Source: Antedon mediterranea
Lineage: Eukaryota > Animalia > Echinodermata
Direction of reading: 5' to 3'
Assembly: GCF_964355755.1 (NCBI RefSeq)
Contig: NC_092680.1
Coordinates: 21,647,045-21,711,044, forward strand
Length of the DNA: 64,000 bases
The notes under the pieces are model-generated. The model made no database searches. It saw only the letters and a program-made list of their open reading frames with translations, and was not told the origin of the DNA. The position numbers and the translations under genes are program-made. This document shows, piece after piece, positions 53,907 through 64,000 of the stretch. The number at the start of each line of letters is the position of its first letter. Positions within the stretch are counted from its first letter, which is position 1.

Positions 53907-55745
53907 TGTATTGGTAGATTTGTCCAGTCTGTTGCATTGAACTCGATACAAGAGTCACACATTCGGCTTCCAACCATGATATATGTATTGGTAGATTTGT
54001 CCAGTCTGTTGCACTCGATATAAGAGTCACACATTCGGCTTCCAACCATGATATATGTATTGGTAGATTTGTCCAGTCTGTTGCATTGAACTCGATATAA
54101 GAGTCACACATTCGGCTTCCAACCATGATATATGTATTGGTAGTTTTGTGCAGTCTGTTGCATTGAACTCGATATAAGAGTCACACATTCGGCTTCCAAC
54201 CATGATATATGTATTGGTAGTTTTGTGCAGTCTGTTGCATTGAACTCGATATAAGAGTCACACATTCGGCTTCCAACCATGATATATGTATTGGTAGATT
54301 TGTCCAGTCTGTTGCACTCGATACAAGAGTCACACATTCGGCTTCCAACCATGATATATGTATTGGTAGATTTGTCCAGTCTGTTGCACTCGATATAAGA
54401 GTCACACATTCGGCTTCCAACCATGATATATGTATTGGTAGATTTGTCCAGTCTGTTGCATTGAACTCGATACAAGAGTCACACATTCGGCTTCCAACCA
54501 TGATATATGTATTGGTAGATTTGTCCAGTCTGTTGCACTCGATACAAGAGTCACACATTCGGCTTCCAACCATGATATATGTATTGGTAGATTTGTCCAG
54601 TCTGTTGCATTGAACTCGATACAAGAGTCACACATTCGGCTTCCAACCATGATATATGTATTGGTAGATTTGTCCAGTCTGTTGCACTCGATATAAGAGT
54701 CACACATTCGGCTTCCAACCATGATATATGTATTGGTAGATTTGTCCAGTCTGTTGCATTGAACTCGATATAAGAGTCACACATTCGGCTTCCAACCATG
54801 ATATATGTATTGGTAGTTTTGTGCAGTCTGTTGCATTGAACTCGATACAAGAGTCACACATTCGGCTTCCAACCATGATATATGTATTGGTAGATTTGTC
54901 CAGTCTGTTGCACTCGATATAAGAGTCACACATTCGGCTTCCAACCATTATATATGTATTGGTAGTTTTGTGCAGTCTGTTGCATTGAACTCGATACAAG
55001 AGTCACACATTCGGCTTCCAACCATGATATATGTATTGGTAGATTTGTCCAGTCTGTTGCACTCGATACAAGAGTCACACATTCGGCTTCCAACCATGAT
55101 ATATGTATTGGTAGATTTGTCCAGTCTGTTGCATTGAACTCGATATAAGAGTTACACATTCGGCTTCCAACCATGATATATGTATTGGTAGATTTGTGCA
55201 GTCTGTTGCATTGAACTCGATACAAGAGTCACACATTCGGCTTCCAACCATGATATATGTATTGGTAGTTTTGTGCAGTCTGTTGCATTGAACTCGATAT
55301 AAGAGTCACACATTCGGCTTCCAACCATGATATATGTATTGGTAGATTTGTCCAGTCTGTTGCATTGAACTCGATACAAGAGTCACACATTCGGCTTCCA
55401 ACCATGATATATGTATTGGTAGATTTGTCCAGTCTGTTGCACTCGATATAAGAGTCACACATTCGGCTTCCAACCATGATATATGTATTGGTAGATTTGT
55501 CCAGTCTGTTGCATTGAACTCGATATAAGAGTCACACATTCGGCTTCCAACCATGATATATGTATTGGTAGATTTGTCCAGTCTGTTGCACTCGATATAA
55601 GAGTCACACATTCGGCTTCCAACCATGATATATGTATTGGTAGATTTGTCCAGTCTGTTGCACTCGATATAAGAGTCACACATTCGGCTTCCAACCATGA
55701 TATATGTATTGGTAGATTTTTAACGTGTCCAGTCTGTTGCACTCG
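53907..55745 (-). repeat. 72/77-bp minisatellite (about 25 units) derived from the last codons and stop of SAM-1
   Basis: Minus-strand unit atatcgag(ttcaa)tgcaacagactggacaaatctaccaatacatatatcatggttggaagccgaatgtgTGActctt. Confidence 0.97.
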
Positions 55746-56593
55746 AGAGAACTCGATATTAGACTTTTGCTCATTTTTGTTGCCAGCGCTCCATCGACCA
55801 TTAATTTTGTAACGTTTTCAACAACTTTTTGCTCTACATTTAATTTTGATATTTCTTCTGCAAGTTCAGTCACAGATAGTGTTTTTACTGTTTCGATACT
55901 GCTTTCGTCATCACTACTACTTTCAATACTGCTACTGCTGCTGTTGTCGTTCGGTGACGACATAGCTGGTTTAATGGGTAAAGGCGGTGGTTTCTTGATC
56001 AATATTCGACTGCCAGGTTTCTTTGGTATTGGTGGTTTTCCATTGAAGCTGATTTCAAGTAAATTTAAACCACTCATACGTTGTTTATGAACATAAACAA
56101 TTTCTTTATGAAGACCCCTTTCGATCCTTCTGCTGCAAGGTGGTTGAATAATCGGGGTGACAACGTTCACTAACTTATTGTTGGTTGGGAGGCCTACTGG
56201 TTTTGTTGGTATTGCGGGTGGCCGCATGTCTTGTTTACAGCACACAGGTTGTTTTAGCTTAGGCGGCAACAATGGTTTTTTTCTATTAACAGGTGTTTCA
56301 CTCGTCCTATGATTCAAACTTACACGTGTTTTCTGTAGGAAGTCAGGTGACACAAGTGGAAGTGTTTGTAACTGGGGTGGTGGGGAATACGGTGAATTAA
56401 AAACTGGACGTGTTGGAAGTGTTGGGAACAAATCATCTTCTGTTCTGTTTGAAAACTGGAATATTTCTTCTGGTGAATCATAAGAACCGTCTTCTTCGCT
56501 ATCACTTGTTTCTGGTGTTTTTAATTTAGGTCTTTTCTCAATATCGGCATCCAGATTGTCAACCGATCGTTTGAAGATATTTCTGATCGACCT
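55676..56593 (-). CDS. Proline-rich protein with C-terminal SAM-like domain (unit SAM-1), main/terminal exon
   Basis: Acceptor ttattctcttttgacag at 56594; open frame RSIRNIFKRSVDNL...GSYDSPEE; many PxxP motifs (PLLPPK, PPAIPTKP, PPIPKKP, PPPLPIKP); SAM-like end LSVTELAEEISKLNV...VDGALATKMSKSLI...LDTLKIYQYIYHGWKPNV*. The GW-x-P ending is typical of GAREM-like SAM domains. Confidence 0.8.
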   Translation of the reverse strand, partial: RSIRNIFKRSVDNLDADIEKRPKLKTPETSDSEEDGSYDSPEEIFQFSNRTEDDLFPTLPTRPVFNSPYSPPPQLQTLPLVSPDFLQKTRVSLNHRTSETPVNRKKPLLPPKLKQPVCCKQDMRPPAIPTKPVGLPTNNKLVNVVTPIIQPPCSRRIERGLHKEIVYVHKQRMSGLNLLEISFNGKPPIPKKPGSRILIKKPPPLPIKPAMSSPNDNSSSSSIESSSDDESSIETVKTLSVTELAEEISKLNVEQKVVENVTKLMVDGALATKMSKSLISSSLECNRLDTLKIYQYIYHGWKPNV

Positions 56594-57249
56594 CTGTCAA
56601 AAGAGAATAATATAATGACTTAAATATAATTAACTTAACCTGTGTAACATTGCGCGCGCGTGGAAATGATGGTTGTAGGTGGCATATATGCGCTCGCGCG
56701 TAAAATATGTGTCTTTCGAGTGTCGTTAATGATAAAAATAGGCCTATGTTTGAATTTGGAGAAGGCGTTTATTTTTGTGGATGTAACCTGTATAATCAAA
56801 TAAATTCCCCTAGATTTGAAAAAATACAACAAACTTAATACCAATAAGTGATATGATACAGTGAAAAATTGTATCAATATCCTTGGTAAATTGTCTAGTC
56901 TACAAATATAAATGTGTTATAATAGGCCTACCGTATTGTGTATGGCGGAAAGTTTATTTGAGGAAAGGGGGTGGGGGACGGGGAGTTTATTTCTAATAGA
57001 ACGATGTTCTATGGAGGTATAGGGATGATTAATTCAAAGCAGACGTTTATTGGAAGCGACGGACGTTGCGCGTACGTCGTTGCGCCGTCTAGCGTCGCGT
57101 GCACGTCGTCTTGCGTCAACCAAAGTATGTATGCTTTCACCGTGTTCTTAAGAAATGGTTTTATTAGAGTAGCATCTTAGACTACACTGTATTTTTGCTT
57201 CGTTAATCAAATTGTTTAGTATACTTTTAAAAATGAAACTTGTACTCAC

Positions 57250-57252
57250 CAT
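57250..57252 (-). CDS. Probable ATG-only first coding exon of SAM-1
   Basis: The minus strand reads aaacacaATG|gtgagta, a consensus donor in phase 0 that matches the phase-0 acceptor at 56594. All three frames upstream of it contain stops. Confidence 0.5.
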
Positions 57253-57608
57253 TGTGTTTAGTATACTTTACAACCTCTTTTTAGAAAGTGTAGGGCATGG
57301 TCATTACCGGACCAAAAGTGTGTACAGTTCGTTTTTTCAAATATAGGCCTGCGTGTTTACTATAAAACCCAATGCACCACTGTTGTGCCTCACGCATTGC
57401 AGACCAATAACAATAACAGAAATATAATAACTGGTTTAGTCACTGTGAAAACATAGGTAGAACAATTGCACCATGTGACTTCCGTTTCTTCTGTATACAA
57501 ACCAAACAAATACCAGAAATGGATTTTTTTATAAATGTTGTAAACCAATCGGGTAGCAGTGTTGAAATAGTGAAACCATGGATCAAAATGTGAAATCGTG
57601 TATGCTGC

Positions 57609-57761
57609 CACCTATCTGTAAAGTATGGGGCCTACAGTGGTCCAATAGGATTGATGAAATCCGTCCATTGTAGGCACTTAATTTGCACCTAGCTGTAAAG
57701 TATAGGGCCTACAGTGGCCCAATAGGATTGATGAAATCTCTCCATTGTAGGCACTTAATTT
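57609..57761 (+). repeat. About 77-bp direct duplication followed by a poly-G tract
   Basis: cacctatctgtaaagtat...tccattgtaggcacttaattt occurs twice; G-runs at 57766-57797. Confidence 0.85.
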
Positions 57762-58426
57762 ATGAGGGGGCGGGGGGGTGAGGGGGGGGGGGGGGGGTGT
57801 CGCTTCTGTGCTGTCAATAATATGGCCGTTGAGAGCGCTGTTGTCCACAATAAGACAGAGCCATAGGTAGGCCGTGTATTGTATTTATCCACAGTTAAAA
57901 AAAACATTATCGGTAAATTTCACAGTCATTATCAAACAACCAGATGCCCAATATTCAGGTCAAAGGTTAACAATTATCGCATTTATCCGATAATTATCTG
58001 ATTTGAATGAGATGATTATCGGTTAAACACCGTTTCCACGGGCAGTTTATCGGTTAAACACCGTTTCCACGGGCAGTTTATCGGTTAATTTATATATAAG
58101 GGGATTTTGAGGGCGCAATTGTATTGTGTTCATAATAAGGGATTTTTTTTTCTCTTAACAAAGTAAATGATAACTTACGTAATTATACGGAATAAGAAAA
58201 TGAGTTCCTCCTTTGTTTTACTGTAAGATTGATAGAATACTTGATTGACCTGTACGCGTACAGTATACAAAACATACACACTAATACATTAGCAGATTGA
58301 ATAGACAACTTTTATTAATTGATTTATTTATATGTACATATTCCACTAGTAACAACTTATATGCATTTGAGACGAAATCATGACTAAGAGGACAGTGCTA
58401 GAGATGTGATAACAAACAGATCAAAA

Positions 58427-58540
58427 TCTCCGTTATGTACGTACGTACGTCCATTTATTTATCTATATCTCCGTTACGTACGTACGTCCATTTATTTATC
58501 TATATCTCCGTTACGTACGTACGTCCATTTATTTATCTAT
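58427..58540 (+). repeat. About 39-bp tandem repeat (3 units) containing minus-strand AATAAA
   Basis: tctccgttacgtacgtacgtccatttatttatctata repeated three times. Confidence 0.85.
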
Positions 58541-58743
58541 TCATGCAAAGGCAAATATGCGTGGCATAGAATTTTAAAGAAGTTCCTTAACTGATCAATT
58601 ATTGTACAAAATGTTAAAAATGCGATCTTAAACGAATAAATAACACTCATTTTAGAAGTTGTATATTTGCATAATTAACTAAATGATTTTCATTCTCGAT
58701 TTAGATATAATTATTGTCTTTTATACTTAATTTGTTTCATAAA

Positions 58744-59182
58744 TTATTTCTGAACTTTTTTTAATTCAACAAACGAAATTCCATTTATACCGATAATTTT
58801 TGTGAAATCAACTGTCATGTATTCGTTCCCATAATGCCTTGCAATAATGCGATCATCTCTTTCTCCCTGAATCACTGCGTTCGTAATTTGAAACATGACT
58901 TCTGATTTTGAAGAAAATACTATTATACTGTTGTCTGCCTTGCAGTTTCCCGCCAAAAAGTCCTCCTTGCTAGTTTTTTCCAGTATAAATTCACCATTTT
59001 TTGATTTGCAAAATAAGTCTTCGTGATTGGTTGAATCTTCATCAATAACGCGCACGCGCTGTGGTGCAGGAAACTTGCACTCTATCTGTCGCAATGTGTA
59101 TGGGAGAGGATCCGGTACGATTTCAAAATACCCAGTGCAATCCATGTTCAACGTAAAGAAATGTTTTCCTCGAAAAGAACAT
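58744..59182 (-). CDS. CABIT-domain protein, coding exon 2 (ends in TAA if unspliced)
   Basis: Phase-2 acceptor ttgtttgcag; (R)CSFRGKHFFTLNMDCTGYFEIVPDPLPYTLRQIECKFPAPQRVRV carries the CABIT-like C-x-G-x-F...YTL-xx-I...P-xx-V motif. The two exons total 314 aa. Confidence 0.72.
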
Positions 59183-59513
59183 CTGCAAACAATTTAGAAA
59201 ATAAAATGTTATCATGGGTACCGGTACTATATATAAAAATACGGTTTGTGGTACACCATTGTGTTTCCAGGTAATTGAGCATGCCGAAACGTAAAGGTTG
59301 TTTTTATAGTATTTCCTTTCTAGAAACACACGATGGTGTACCACAAACATTAAGAGCATGTGTTAAGGTATTAACTTAATTTTCAATACAAAGGTATAAT
59401 TTAGGCTAAAATAGGCTAATTGACAATTGTAGTGAGAGTGAACTAAAAAGGTATTTGCGCGCGTGTATCAGTTTGCGCGCGTGTATCAGTTGGGGATAGT
59501 AACAATAATTTAC

Positions 59514-60019
59514 CTTAAAAATGGTTTTACTCCAGTTCTGGTAGCATAAGACGCTATACCTTCTACATCGATGATGGTTCCAACACGAAATTTATGTTGA
59601 TTCGCTTTTGTTGAAATATTCTGTAACTGAGCTGTGACTTTTACGGATTTTGGAAGAATACGTGCAATCTGTGCTATCGTATACGCGCGCGTAGTGTCAT
59701 ACAGAACGTGGAATTTTCCTTTATAGTCCATGGGTAGGGCAAACTTGTTTGACGATTCAGTAACAGGCTTAGCGATAAACACCTCGTTTGTGTACTTTTT
59801 ATGTAATACATAGGTTTTATCTTCATTGTTATTTTCTCTGGGCCTGACTATTTTAACGATGTTTGGTAACATTAACTCCCGCTGATGTAGGTAGTTGGCA
59901 GACACGGCTTTGTCCTGCCACTCTACGGTATGGTGCTCACTTTTACAAGTGTACTGCCTTCGTAAACGCCTGATAGACGCTGTGTATCGGTGCTTCATCT
60001 TCTCTGTAATGTCTGTCAT
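59514..60019 (-). CDS. CABIT-domain protein (THEMIS/GAREM family), coding exon 1
   Basis: VEWQD...LPNIVKIV...FALPMDYKGKFHVL...YTIAQIARILPKSVKV...FRVGTII matches the recalled CABIT pattern; phase-2 donor AG|gtaaat. Confidence 0.75.
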
Positions 60020-61911
60020 TATACACCTGTATGTTTGCTTTCAAAACTGAAAATAACATCGTAGACTTGGCAAGGCTTGTTATATACTGACTATCGTTCA
60101 ACAACCTATTTCCTTATATAGTTTCCTTGAATGGGTTTTTTTTTTGTTCGAGGAACTGTACTGCCATAAATCCTGTAAGAACCGGTAACAAGTACCCATT
60201 AGTACAGGGACGTGTGTATAGGCCTACACAATATATATGAGTTGTCGTTGTTGTCGTACCTAAAATCTTATTTACTTGACATTTAATGTGAAGTACGCTT
60301 AGGCATGCTTTCTTTGACACGAAAACCCACCGCCTTTAAATGTATTATTATATTATTTGTTTTGATTGATTGTTTCCTGAATGGTTTACGTAGGCCTATC
60401 CTTTCCGTGGAAAGAAGGAAAAATAGATTGCCTGGTAATGAGATAGCAAATTACGTAGACAAACTTCTGGTAAAATGTAATCCCAATGAAGTTGTTTGTG
60501 TTTTAATAGTCAGTTGAAATACTTTGAAGCGACCATCTTCTTCTATCAACCCATTAGGATATCTGCGCTCAGTCTGTCGCTGGTTTCCACATACGCACAG
60601 AGTACAGTAAGCATAGTCTTGAATAATCAACGATCGAGAAGACGCCACTTGAATGCAAGTAAGTTGGCCAATCACAAGCAACGATTGGATGATCCATTGC
60701 GCCGTAATTGGTCAAACTACTTTCGGTGCGCGTACGTCTTTGCGCCGCGTCTCATCAATGGGTATCAATCTTTCCTTCCCCCCGACAGCAGTGAGGTCAC
60801 GCACGCACGCACACACGCAGAGTGAACGATTGCACGTTCACCTTGTAGACAACAGTAATATTTCGAGCGACGTCAATTAGGTGCATAATTGTGTTTTTCC
60901 CTATGAAACAAAAACAAACGAGAAATATATTTTTAGTTATTATTTATATGGATATTCTGAAATTACTCATTTCTGTATACAGAAAGTAATATAATAATCA
61001 CAAAACGTATACAAAACTGAGATGAAGTCGAAACCTATTTCCAAATAAGAGCAGTCATAACATTAATGTTGATGTATTTATTGACGCCAATGAGTTTCGT
61101 CAGTCGTCAGTTTTAACAGTTTTTGAGAATAAGGAAATAAAACATACATTTTGTTTGGGTTATGTTTTTGTTAATATTTGAAATAAATTATATAAAATTA
61201 TTCAAAATTCAAGGTATATTTTTCGTACAAATGTAGGCCTATACCACTGTACATAAGTTTTTCCATTTAGCAACGTAGTTACACCAATTAAGGTTTAAAT
61301 CAGAAATATAAATATGTTTTCTGGAGAATAATCTAATGGAATTCCACCATTTTAATTTTTTTTTAAATGAAACGACACAGTATAAATATTCAAACAGATT
61401 TGTCGATATTTAATCTGAAATTCGTGCAATTAAAATGAATCATATATATATATATTTTACTTTTTCATAAAACCAATTGATAGACAAGAGCTGCTAATTA
61501 TATATTATTTTCTGTTTATTGAGGATAAAAGTTCACAATTAGCATACAAGGACAACGCGCATAATCACCAATCACAAGCGTAAGTTTGGTTGCTAGCCTA
61601 CAGTGAGTGCGCGTCAGTTTGGTTGCTAGCCTACAGTGAGTGCGCGGCGTCCTTCCACGTACTTTGATGACACACATAAAACAACCTTAAAGGATAGCTC
61701 CGGAGTATAAATTTTTTTTTTTAATTGATGTTATTTCGCAATGATATAGTTCTGCTTTATCGATGACGAAAAATGAAGGGTTATCAATTTTCTTGCAAAG
61801 GTTTTATTTTGTAATAATACCAATTTTAAACCCGAAACTCGTCTGTAAAATCCATACCCCTAAAGATTGTCACATTATTGTTCAGCCTATTGTTTCTGTT
61901 GATGCGTTTAA

Positions 61912-62015
61912 AGCTCTGTCTACACTATCAAACTTTATGTGACAAAAAAATGTGATGTGCCCATATATGGACACAATGATGTCATATCACTACCATATTT
62001 GGGCACATCACACTT
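61912..62015. mobile_element. MITE family A, right end missing, abutting the SAM-2 stop codon
   Basis: taa|agctctgtctacactatcaaactttatgtgac...gggcacatcacactt then tta (minus-strand TAA). Confidence 0.85.
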
Positions 62016-62879
62016 TTAAAAACCGTCATCACTATTAAGCAATGGACTCCATCCTTTGTGTGCAAACTTAAAAATTTTAAGTGCGTCTAACTTGGTCACC
62101 TTCAACGAATCTTGAATCAATTGTTTTGACATATCTAAGAGTAGGGATCCATCAATAGCTTGGTCCTGTATCTTTTCATCACAAGACACGTTCAGTTTCA
62201 GTGATTTTAAATGTTTAATTAATTGAGATGTACTTAACCCGGAAGTAATTCGTTCATGTATGTTGACATTTTCACTTCTGCTATCGAATTCGCCATACCG
62301 TTTGTTATAACGATAGTAACGTCCTTTCTTATAGCCATAGTAGGAGCTCACCGGCTTATAATCTTTTGCAGTTACGTAATATGTATCTTCAGTTGGATTA
62401 ATAGTGCCACCAACGTGACCACTCGAACCTGGTGCCATACGCGCCATGTCCTCGTAACTAGAACTGGTGTTACCGTCATGAGAAGGTTCTGAGCCACTAT
62501 CCTCAGTAGTGTGCGTCCGCTGATGTGACAGACAGGCTCTTGGCGGCAATGGAGGAGGTCGGCATGGCAACGCTGATAAAAATCGTTTAGGTTCACTAGT
62601 CTTCTTAATTTGGGGCAATGGCATCGGAGGTCGACTATCAATATTGTATATACGTTCATCGTCAAATAGATTGTCGACCGAAGCACTGATGGTGGTGTGT
62701 GGGGTTGGTAGGGGGTCAGCTGGGCGTCGTTTGACGGTTTTGGCGCGTATAGGTGTGTTAATTGACGCGTTTCTACTAATACATTTGCTGTCTGGTTTTT
62801 CTTGAATTTCAGTATCACTCTTAGCTTGAGATAATTTACGACGGGTCCTAAATGGCCATTTAGATCCTCTCTTTATTTT
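62016..62879 (-). CDS. Second proline/tyrosine-rich protein with C-terminal SAM-like domain (unit SAM-2), terminal exon
   Basis: Acceptor ttttttgattctag; open frame KIKRGSKWPF...SVDNLFDDERIYNIDSRPPMPLP...RPPPLPPR...SYEDM...DTYYV; SAM-like LSTSQLIKHLKSLKL...IDGSLLLDMSKQLIQDSLKVTKLDALKIFKFAHKGWSP. Confidence 0.8.
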   Translation of the reverse strand, partial: KIKRGSKWPFRTRRKLSQAKSDTEIQEKPDSKCISRNASINTPIRAKTVKRRPADPLPTPHTTISASVDNLFDDERIYNIDSRPPMPLPQIKKTSEPKRFLSALPCRPPPLPPRACLSHQRTHTTEDSGSEPSHDGNTSSSYEDMARMAPGSSGHVGGTINPTEDTYYVTAKDYKPVSSYYGYKKGRYYRYNKRYGEFDSRSENVNIHERITSGLSTSQLIKHLKSLKLNVSCDEKIQDQAIDGSLLLDMSKQLIQDSLKVTKLDALKIFKFAHKGWSPLLNSDDGF

Positions 62880-62998
62880 CTAGAATCAAAAAAGACAATA
62901 AGAACGTATAAGCAATTACAATTGTTGAGAAACTAAAAAAAACGAACTTAAAAATGTAAATATTTTCATTTGTCAAAACAATAACCATCTTGCCTTAC

Positions 62999-63082
62999 TT
63001 GTATTGTTGCAAATCTGTTGACCTGTGGTTTGTTAACCATGGCAATGACGTCATGTGTCAAGCAGTCTTCGGCGGAGTCCCC
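62999..63082 (-). CDS. SAM-2 internal exon
   Basis: ctacaatag|GDSAEDCLTHDVIAMVNKPQVNRFATIQ|gtaagg; 84 nt, phase 0-0, compatible with the acceptor at 62880. Confidence 0.65.
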
Positions 63083-63379
63083 CTATTGTAGAATACAATA
63101 TTGAATATAAATCATGGATGCAAACAATAAGATGATCATGACCGAAACACCAAAGTTTTCGTTCTCAGAAGAAGATTGTTTTATAGTGAGTTTTTGGAAA
63201 GTTTCTTGTATAGTGTAAGAAGACCTCAACTGTAACACTCACAGCAGAATATATTCCCTATTGAGAATGTGTGAAGAATACTAAACCGTTTATGAATGCT
63301 GCAAAATCTGGAAACATTGTTTTTCTTTTCAAACTACCCACTTTTATTCACTTTCATCATTTAAAAGTTTATCAATTAC

Positions 63380-63424
63380 CTTGTTTTCACAGATAGTCTT
63401 CTGGTGGCTTTTAAAGTTCCACAT
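63380..63424 (-). CDS. Candidate first coding exon of SAM-2
   Basis: ATG-initiated MWNFKSHQKTICENK|gtaatt, phase 0. There is no independent support. Confidence 0.4.
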
Positions 63425-64000
63425 ATTTAAACATTTTAAAATGTATGATTTAAAAACATGACAAATTTATGGTGTAAAATTGCTTAAAAGCCAAAAAAAA
63501 GTTATTGATACTAATGTAATGGTTTACTTCTTTGTATTTTTTTTTAAAGATTTACATTTTCTTCATTCAGACATTACATGTCTATGCTTAGAGTTAGCTA
63601 GCAATTTGCCATGTAGACTTTGTGGAACAACGAGGTTATGTAGTAACATTAATAACATTAATAAATACTTACTGAATCTTTTGAATTGTAGCATTGATGA
63701 CCAAGTTGCTGAGACTTTAATTTAGTTAACGTTTTGGATTCTTCAACTAAAATTAAGTACAACAAGAATAATATGATTAAACTGTAATCATTTCCGCATT
63801 TACTATTAGCATAGAAAAGTACAACAAGTTTCACTTGTATTGATATGGTAAAAAAAATTGAAACCAGAGATAAATAAGCAAGCCTGTGAGCTACAGCGAT
63901 TTTAATTGCTTTTGCTTATCCTTGCCTCCTTAGATTTCCACCTGTCTTGTTTTTTTTACTTTGTTTTAAATGTATTTCGATTTTAAAGGCTAAATAAAGA

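Noticed and set aside
53852-55742. Many overlapping minus-strand ORFs (MVGSRMCDSY..., MYRVQCNRLD...)
   Set aside because: They are frame-shifted translations of the 72/77-bp repeat; only the frame ending at 55676 belongs to a gene.
57253-57349. Coding exon linking CABIT to SAM-1
   Set aside because: After the cacgcag acceptor candidate all three frames hit stops before the donor, so it reads better as 5' UTR ending in ATG.
62372-62818. 148-aa minus-strand ORF overlapping SAM-2
   Set aside because: It is an alternative frame with a GTG start; the frame continuous with the SAM domain runs from the acceptor at 62880.

Overview
This is AT-rich, intron-containing animal genomic DNA (probably an invertebrate), not prokaryotic. 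On the + strand it carries the 3' part of CC2D2A (337-17127, about 29 exons), a DIPP/NUDT3-family Nudix hydrolase (18278-21104) and a KH + DEAD-box helicase of the DDX43 type (23151-34227). On the - strand it carries a TCF24/TCF23-type bHLH gene (48447-40841) and a three-unit cluster at 55.7-63.4 kb. In that cluster a CABIT-domain-only ORF sits between two proline-rich/C-terminal-SAM ORFs, which looks like a GAREM/THEMIS-type adaptor split into separate genes. The introns hold many non-autonomous DNA transposons (PIF/Harbinger-like, Tc1/mariner-pogo-like, Kolobok-like), tRNA-derived SINEs and an RTE LINE remnant. The most striking pattern is that three minisatellites are built from the genes' own signals: a splice acceptor (CC2D2A), a splice donor (DDX43, about 95 copies) and the terminal codons plus stop (SAM gene, about 25 copies). 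In each case the functional copy is at the gene-side edge of the array. Exon boundaries were read by eye and family assignments come from recalled motifs, not database searches.
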